Source: a virus
Strand: one strand, 5' to 3'
Length of the DNA: 56,045 nucleotides
IMG/VR virus record: IMGVR_UViG_3300045988_061467
Coordinates: 1 to 56,045 of that record
The position numbers and the translations under genes were made by a program. Positions 51,825 to 56,045 of this stretch are shown here, piece after piece (positions within the stretch are counted from its first letter, which is position 1; the number at the start of each line of letters is the position of its first letter). A model generated the notes under the pieces. That model searched no databases. It saw only the letters and a program-made list of their open reading frames with translations, and had not been told where the DNA came from.

Positions 51825-52304
51825 CTAATAAAATCCTTCGAATTTTGAACCCGTTTTTCCTTCGAGTTCGTCCAAAATCCAGGCTCTTTTGAAAGTCGAG
51901 ACCGTTATGAACCTTTCACTTAGGTTCAATCTTTTTCGAACCTTTTCATATTTAACAAAACTTTCTGCTAAAAATCGACAAAGTTCAAGGTTCGAGTCAA
52001 TATTTAAATACTGCTGAACTTTTTTCATTGTGCTCGAAAAGTTGAACCAGTTATAATCGATGCACTTAATATTGAAAATAAATTCGTACTGAACTATAAA
52101 GAAAGATGACACTTGCTTCATATTAGGTTCGAATTGTTTTCCGTTGAGCGCTTCAACTATTTGAAAATAATCTTGCTCGACTTTTGAAAGACCTGTTGCC
52201 ACGTCCTTCTGAAATAAGGTAGAACGAGTTTTAGGCTTGTCTTTGAATGATAGTTCAATTTCATTTTTAGGCTTTCCTGAATTGCCTATTCTTTGCCTTG
52301 CCAC
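51825..52304 (-). CDS. Hypothetical protein (159 aa), possible replisome organiser by position
   Basis: GTG start at 52304 with AAGGAGG upstream. It lies immediately upstream of the loader-helicase-primase genes. No motif recognised. Confidence 0.3.
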   Translation of the reverse strand: MARQRIGNSGKPKNEIELSFKDKPKTRSTLFQKDVATGLSKVEQDYFQIVEALNGKQFEPNMKQVSSFFIVQYEFIFNIKCIDYNWFNFSSTMKKVQQYLNIDSNLELCRFLAESFVKYEKVRKRLNLSERFITVSTFKRAWILDELEGKTGSKFEGFY

Positions 52305-52327
52305 TTATTTCCTCCTTATGGTATAAT
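52298..52327 (+). promoter_or_regulatory. Plus-strand (antisense-oriented) sigma-A-like promoter inside the minus-strand early block
   Basis: TTGCCA (52298-52303)-18 nt-TATAAT (52322-52327) with TG at 52319-52320 (extended -10). Confidence 0.4.
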
Positions 52328-52424
52328 GTTAACCTTCTAAAATTAACGCAGACAGCGGTTGCCTGCGCAGGTGGTGTGATTGTATTCTGCTAACCCTAAA
52401 AACGTCGCAGAACCAAAAATATCG

Positions 52425-52844
52425 CTAAATTTTAGCCTTTCCAAAACGAATGCCTTCTGTAACAGAAACGACAACTGCAGGAAGAATTGCTTCTTGGTCA
52501 ATTTCTCCGTGATAAATCATGTCCTCGAGAAGTTTCGTATTGATGACAGGCTTGTATTCGATAAGCCCTGAAAGTTTTTCACACATTTCTTCCGTCTCGG
52601 CTTCGTCAACTAATTTTTCGATAATTTCTTTCAAGCGTTCTTCGTCCATAGTTGAGCGCTCTGTTGTGTAGAAGGTAGCAGAAAAGTGCTTACCTTGGGC
52701 AGATTCAATGTCATTTTCTTTCATGTACTCTTTTAGAGCGTCACGAAGACCTTTAACCTGTTTCTCCATGTCGCCTTTGGTAGCATTTAATTCACCGGCT
52801 TCTTCGATGGCGTCAATGAACTGTTTTTCGTTTTCGAGTTTCAT
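52425..52844 (-). CDS. Siphovirus Gp157-like protein (139 aa from the ATG at 52844)
   Basis: Acidic coiled-coil protein. The ATG at 52844 follows GGAGAA and lies directly after the upstream stop at 52846. Confidence 0.35.
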   Translation of the reverse strand: MKLENEKQFIDAIEEAGELNATKGDMEKQVKGLRDALKEYMKENDIESAQGKHFSATFYTTERSTMDEERLKEIIEKLVDEAETEEMCEKLSGLIEYKPVINTKLLEDMIYHGEIDQEAILPAVVVSVTEGIRFGKAKI

Positions 52845-52845
52845 G

Positions 52846-53187
52846 CTAATTCTCCAATCCGTGTTCACGTTTAAATGCTTTAGCATCTTCTTGAATTAAC
52901 TCTCGATCAGTTTTCCCTGCAAGAGTTCGAGTGTAGAATGCTAAGTCACCGCGCATTAGATTATCTCTAAATCGTTTGAGTTTGTTCACGCCTTCGTCGT
53001 CCCAGAATCGAGAGCCGCGGTTGTCGAGGTCTGTTCTAGGTTCGGGAAGAACAAACGGGAAGTGAATGTTATTTTCATTTGCGAAGTCTTGTGCTTCGTA
53101 CCAAACATTAATCGTAGATAAGGAGCGGTTCAACATTTGACATACCTCTCCAACTTTATACCAATTTTTACCTTCTGTGAATTTCAT
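52846..53187 (-). CDS. HTH DNA-binding protein (MerR/excisionase-type)
   Basis: WYKVGEVCQMLNRSLSTINVWYE is an N-terminal helix-turn-helix. Confidence 0.45.
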   Translation of the reverse strand: MKFTEGKNWYKVGEVCQMLNRSLSTINVWYEAQDFANENNIHFPFVLPEPRTDLDNRGSRFWDDEGVNKLKRFRDNLMRGDLAFYTRTLAGKTDRELIQEDAKAFKREHGLEN

Positions 53188-53398
53188 TTAAATACCTTTC
53201 TATTATTAAACATTGCTCTTTAGTGAGCAATTTATCGAGTTGTAAAATTCTAGTTGCTGTCCTTTCAGGAATTTGAAGAACACTTGCAAGCTCGCTAGAC
53301 GAAATATCTAACTCTTGAGCCAGCTCTAGTGCAGTTTTCTTTCCGTTCCTGTCCGGCTTCTTTTTAGTGTCTTTCCTTAGGATATTGATAGTTTTCAT
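53168..53398 (-). CDS. Small HTH protein (76 aa)
   Basis: ALELAQELDISSSELASVLQIPERTATRIL is HTH-like. Confidence 0.45.
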   Translation of the reverse strand: MKTINILRKDTKKKPDRNGKKTALELAQELDISSSELASVLQIPERTATRILQLDKLLTKEQCLIIERYLNEIHRR

Positions 53399-53399
53399 T

Positions 53400-55091
53400 C
53401 TATTTAAGCAAAATGTCGAACAAGTTGCCTATCTTAGATTTCATAGGCTTACCGTCTACGATATAATCTGCTAGTTCTCCTTTCCTTTCAATAAGGTCCT
53501 CTATACGTTCGTCAACAGTACCTTTGGCGACAAGCGTGTAGATAGTGACAGAACTCTTTGCGCCAATTCTATGACACCTATCCTCTGCCTGGTCCTTTTC
53601 TGCGCGTGTCCACGGACTGTCTAAGAAAATAACCGTATCTGCTTTCGTCAAAGTAAATCCTGTCCCTAGCGCACCTATAGTTCCTAAAATAACAGAAGCC
53701 TTTTTGTAATTCATAAATTCTTCAATTTCGTTGAACTTATCTGTGGTCTCACCTGTTACCAAGTTGCATTTGACTGACTTCGAAAGAATTTTAGCAAGTG
53801 GTTCAATAACCTTTTCCCAGTTGCTAAATATTACGCAGGACTTTCCTTGCTGAATACATTCTTCGACAATTTCTATACATCTTTCGAACTTGCAAGACTT
53901 GACATCTTGAGTAGTTAAAATCGAAGGATTTCCAGTCGCTTGTCGAAGTCGAATTGTTTCGGCCAGTGGGTTAGGCATGAGCTTGACTTTATCAATTTCT
54001 TCAACAAGTTTAGTTAGAACCTCTTTATAGATTTTAGCTTGCTTAGAGTTCATATCGACGTACTCTGTGACTCGAATCTTTTCAGGCAAGTCTAAAACTT
54101 CTTCCTTAGTTCTTCTAAGCATGTAGTCGTTGACAAGCTCACGAAGTTCAGCTAGGTTTCGATATCCAGTGATTTGATTAAACTGGTCGACGATACAGTA
54201 TCGCTCTTTGAATTGAGTCAGTGTATGATGTTCCGCCCCTAGCCATTTCATAACATTATAAACATCAATTGGGTTATTCATTAGAGGAGTTCCAGTAAGG
54301 CCCATCTTGTAGTAACTTTGGAGCTTATGAATTGAAGCTCCTTGCTTACTTGAAGGATTCTTACACTTGTGAATCTCGTCAATAATGACCATTCCAATTT
54401 CCCCGCTCTTGGTTAGTTCATTTAAGTATTTAATGAAAACAGCGTCGCGAAGTGTCTCGATGTTAGTGATAAGGAAAAATTCATCATGTCCTCCAAGCAA
54501 GTCTTCAGCTCTTTTAGAAACTCCATCAATCACTAATTTTTCATCTTTAGTAACTCGACTTCCTAAAATATGAGCAGACTCGTTTGAATGAATGCCTACC
54601 TCTTTTGCCCAATTCCATTTGAGCCCTGATATACAGCATACTATCAAGCAGTGCTTGAAACTTGACTTTCTGCTAACAGCTATGTCAATCGCCTGCTTAG
54701 TTTTCCCAAGTCCTTGTTCGTCGCCTAAAAGGAAACAAGGATGATCTTTTGCGTATTCAAAGCATTCAACTTGATGATCAAAGGGAGTAGTCTTGAATGA
54801 AAAATGTTCATTGCTCGAAGAAGCGATTTGGTTTCGAGAGTCAATGTAGTCTTGAACATCTTTATCAAGTTCGCCGAAGATGTGAAGCTCCCATTCATCT
54901 AGAGCGTCTATAACATTATTGAAATACTTATAAGGTAGTTCAAAATTATTAGAAGACGTCTCGACCACATTGGGCAAGCTAGATATCCTGTCAGCCATTT
55001 TTATTGCATCTTCATCTGTGCTTGCCCATGTTTCAATGAATATAGTTCGACCTCGCCTAGCTTTCGAACGTGCTATAACGATTTCAATCAT
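53400..55091 (-). CDS. SNF2-family helicase/translocase
   Basis: LGDEQGLGKT, DEIHKCKN, LTGTPLMNN and a C-terminal helicase domain (QAEDRCHRIG). Confidence 0.8.
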   Translation of the reverse strand: MIEIVIARSKARRGRTIFIETWASTDEDAIKMADRISSLPNVVETSSNNFELPYKYFNNVIDALDEWELHIFGELDKDVQDYIDSRNQIASSSNEHFSFKTTPFDHQVECFEYAKDHPCFLLGDEQGLGKTKQAIDIAVSRKSSFKHCLIVCCISGLKWNWAKEVGIHSNESAHILGSRVTKDEKLVIDGVSKRAEDLLGGHDEFFLITNIETLRDAVFIKYLNELTKSGEIGMVIIDEIHKCKNPSSKQGASIHKLQSYYKMGLTGTPLMNNPIDVYNVMKWLGAEHHTLTQFKERYCIVDQFNQITGYRNLAELRELVNDYMLRRTKEEVLDLPEKIRVTEYVDMNSKQAKIYKEVLTKLVEEIDKVKLMPNPLAETIRLRQATGNPSILTTQDVKSCKFERCIEIVEECIQQGKSCVIFSNWEKVIEPLAKILSKSVKCNLVTGETTDKFNEIEEFMNYKKASVILGTIGALGTGFTLTKADTVIFLDSPWTRAEKDQAEDRCHRIGAKSSVTIYTLVAKGTVDERIEDLIERKGELADYIVDGKPMKSKIGNLFDILLK

Positions 55092-55765
55092 AGCGAAGAA
55101 AGATGAGAGGCTTCAATTAGTTCCATTGCTGTATCAATATCAGCCTCTTTAACGATTTTGAAAATTCCGTCAATCGCCCATTCATAAGATGCAGGAGCAA
55201 TAGATGCAAGAAGTTTCTTTTGGTCTTCCGTCAACCCTTTTGCTCTAACTCCGATAGAAACACCTTTTCGAGTTTCTTCAATAGTAACGAAGTTTTTCTT
55301 AGAGCGGTAGGCAACGTAAGATTGAGTGACAATTCGAGTGCTAGCAGGAAATGCTTCAACAATTCGATTTTCAAGAGTTTTAGTGATAGCCATCACGCTC
55401 TCTTTTTTAGGAGCAGGTTTTCGAACAGATGCCTTTTCACTAATAGAGCCAACTTCTTCTGGCTGTTCCTTAACTTCAGGAATTGTTTCCTCGATAACTT
55501 CCTTTTTAGGTTTAGGGGCAACTCTACCTCTTCGAACAGGTCGAGCAACTGCAAGAGCAGGCTTCTTCTCTTCGCTTTCTTCGGCTTTTGTGTACCAACG
55601 CTCGATAGTTGCAGCTGATAAAGTAATAAGCTCGTCACCTTCTACAGATTTTAGGTCTGCCTTTTTCTCATCTGCTAAAATTGAGATAACTTTGAATTGA
55701 GCGCCATTTTTCGGTCTCAAGATAACGCTACCTTCGGTAAGCTCGCTGAATTTAATTTTTGACAT
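55088..55765 (-). CDS. Hypothetical early protein (225 aa from the ATG at 55765) with an E/K/P-rich linker
   Basis: GAGGAGGA lies 4 nt before the ATG at 55765. The track start at 55840 lies inside the promoter. Confidence 0.5.
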   Translation of the reverse strand: MSKIKFSELTEGSVILRPKNGAQFKVISILADEKKADLKSVEGDELITLSAATIERWYTKAEESEEKKPALAVARPVRRGRVAPKPKKEVIEETIPEVKEQPEEVGSISEKASVRKPAPKKESVMAITKTLENRIVEAFPASTRIVTQSYVAYRSKKNFVTIEETRKGVSIGVRAKGLTEDQKKLLASIAPASYEWAIDGIFKIVKEADIDTAMELIEASHLSSL

Positions 55766-55807
55766 AATGTCCTCCTCGCCTTCCGGCTTTTTTATTTTTA
55801 TAATTGT

Positions 55808-55836
55808 ATTATACGATAATGAATGAATGTTGTCAA
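55808..55836 (-). promoter_or_regulatory. Family-1 promoter at the head of the early block
   Basis: Minus strand reads tgcTTGACAacattcattcattatcgTATAAT (17-nt spacer) with an A/T-rich upstream region. Confidence 0.7.
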
Positions 55837-55870
55837 GCATTTTTTATAAAAAGTTCAACTTTTTTTTTCA

Positions 55871-55902
55871 AAATAAAACGCCCTGCAGGATATGCAGAGC
55901 GA
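55871..55902 (-). terminator. Rho-independent terminator separating the end of the late operon from the early promoter on the circular map
   Basis: Stem 55880-55888 / 55894-55902 (cgccctgca / tgcagagcg, one mismatch) with a 5-nt loop, followed on the minus strand by UUUUAUUUU. Confidence 0.6.
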
Positions 55903-55990
55903 AAAAGGGTCATCATCAACAGTATTTGCTGACAATTTAATTATAATTGAAATTTTCGAATAAGTAAATAGTCTAAATTAAGGTAACATC

Positions 55991-56045
55991 AAACCGCCAG
56001 CAAACGCCAGCGGTTCATAGGTATAATTAATTTGTCTTTCTATTT
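55991..56045. repeat. Terminal direct repeat, copy 2 (identical to 1..55)
   Basis: Exact 55-nt identity with the window start. Confidence 0.95.

Noticed and set aside
52380-52571. 63-aa plus-strand ORF downstream of the antisense promoter
   Set aside because: It has a TTG start, a composition that looks random (Asn/Phe/Cys-rich), and is antisense to a good gene. If the promoter is real, the product is more likely a non-coding RNA.
1-56045. Search for tRNA, rRNA, CRISPR arrays, integrase/excisionase/CI-type lysogeny module, transposases, introns or homing endonucleases
   Set aside because: No cloverleaf-like GC-rich 70-90-nt islands, no spaced identical repeats and no recombinase-like ORFs were seen, and all large genes appear uninterrupted. 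The two small HTH proteins (52846-53398) sit in the early operon with no integrase partner. This is consistent with a strictly lytic phage, but tRNAscan and HMM searches were not possible.

Overview
The window is essentially one complete phage genome. Bases 1-55 recur exactly at 55991-56045, which looks like the assembly overlap of a circular or circularly permuted molecule, giving a unique length of 55,990 bp. The gene content comprises a Pal-type amidase with choline-binding repeats, an SPP1-like headful packaging and head module, a siphovirus tail module, the phage's own replisome, and a queuosine-precursor pathway. I found no integrase or lysogeny module. From memory, this matches the virulent Streptococcus pneumoniae/mitis-group siphovirus Dp-1 lineage; no database search could be run.

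The genome has three blocks:
- A ~27-kb minus-strand early/middle block (about 55836 down to 28375) carries an SNF2 helicase, DnaC-like loader, DnaB, primase, a sigma-like factor, a gp32-like SSB, a family-A polymerase, a seven-gene 7-deazaguanine cassette, the beta clamp, recombination nucleases, RecA, dUTPase, a three-subunit clamp loader, an HD hydrolase and an ArpU-like regulator.
- A short plus-strand cassette of six orphan genes (25984-28350) is driven by two copies of the early promoter.
- A ~25-kb minus-strand late block (25111 down to 61) runs terS, terL, portal, MuF, scaffold, capsid, connectors, tail, tape measure, Dit, Tal, fibres, holin(s) and lysin.

The late and plus-strand blocks diverge from a 0.8-kb non-coding region that holds a dense TTTTCGA repeat array and GGCGCC boxes in AT-rich DNA, a candidate ori, pac or regulatory hub.

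The most interesting items are these:
- The 7-deazaguanine (preQ1-type) DNA modification cassette is insulated by terminators on both sides and includes a phage-borne QueT transporter.
- Predicted beta-clamp-binding peptides sit at the N-terminus of the polymerase, at the N-terminus of a 119-aa LigA-domain-Ia-like protein, and at the extreme C-terminus of the DpdA-like transglycosylase. This suggests a clamp-centred replication and modification machine.
- Two conserved promoter families are scattered through the genome.

All functional calls come from motif recognition by eye and need HMM or structure confirmation.
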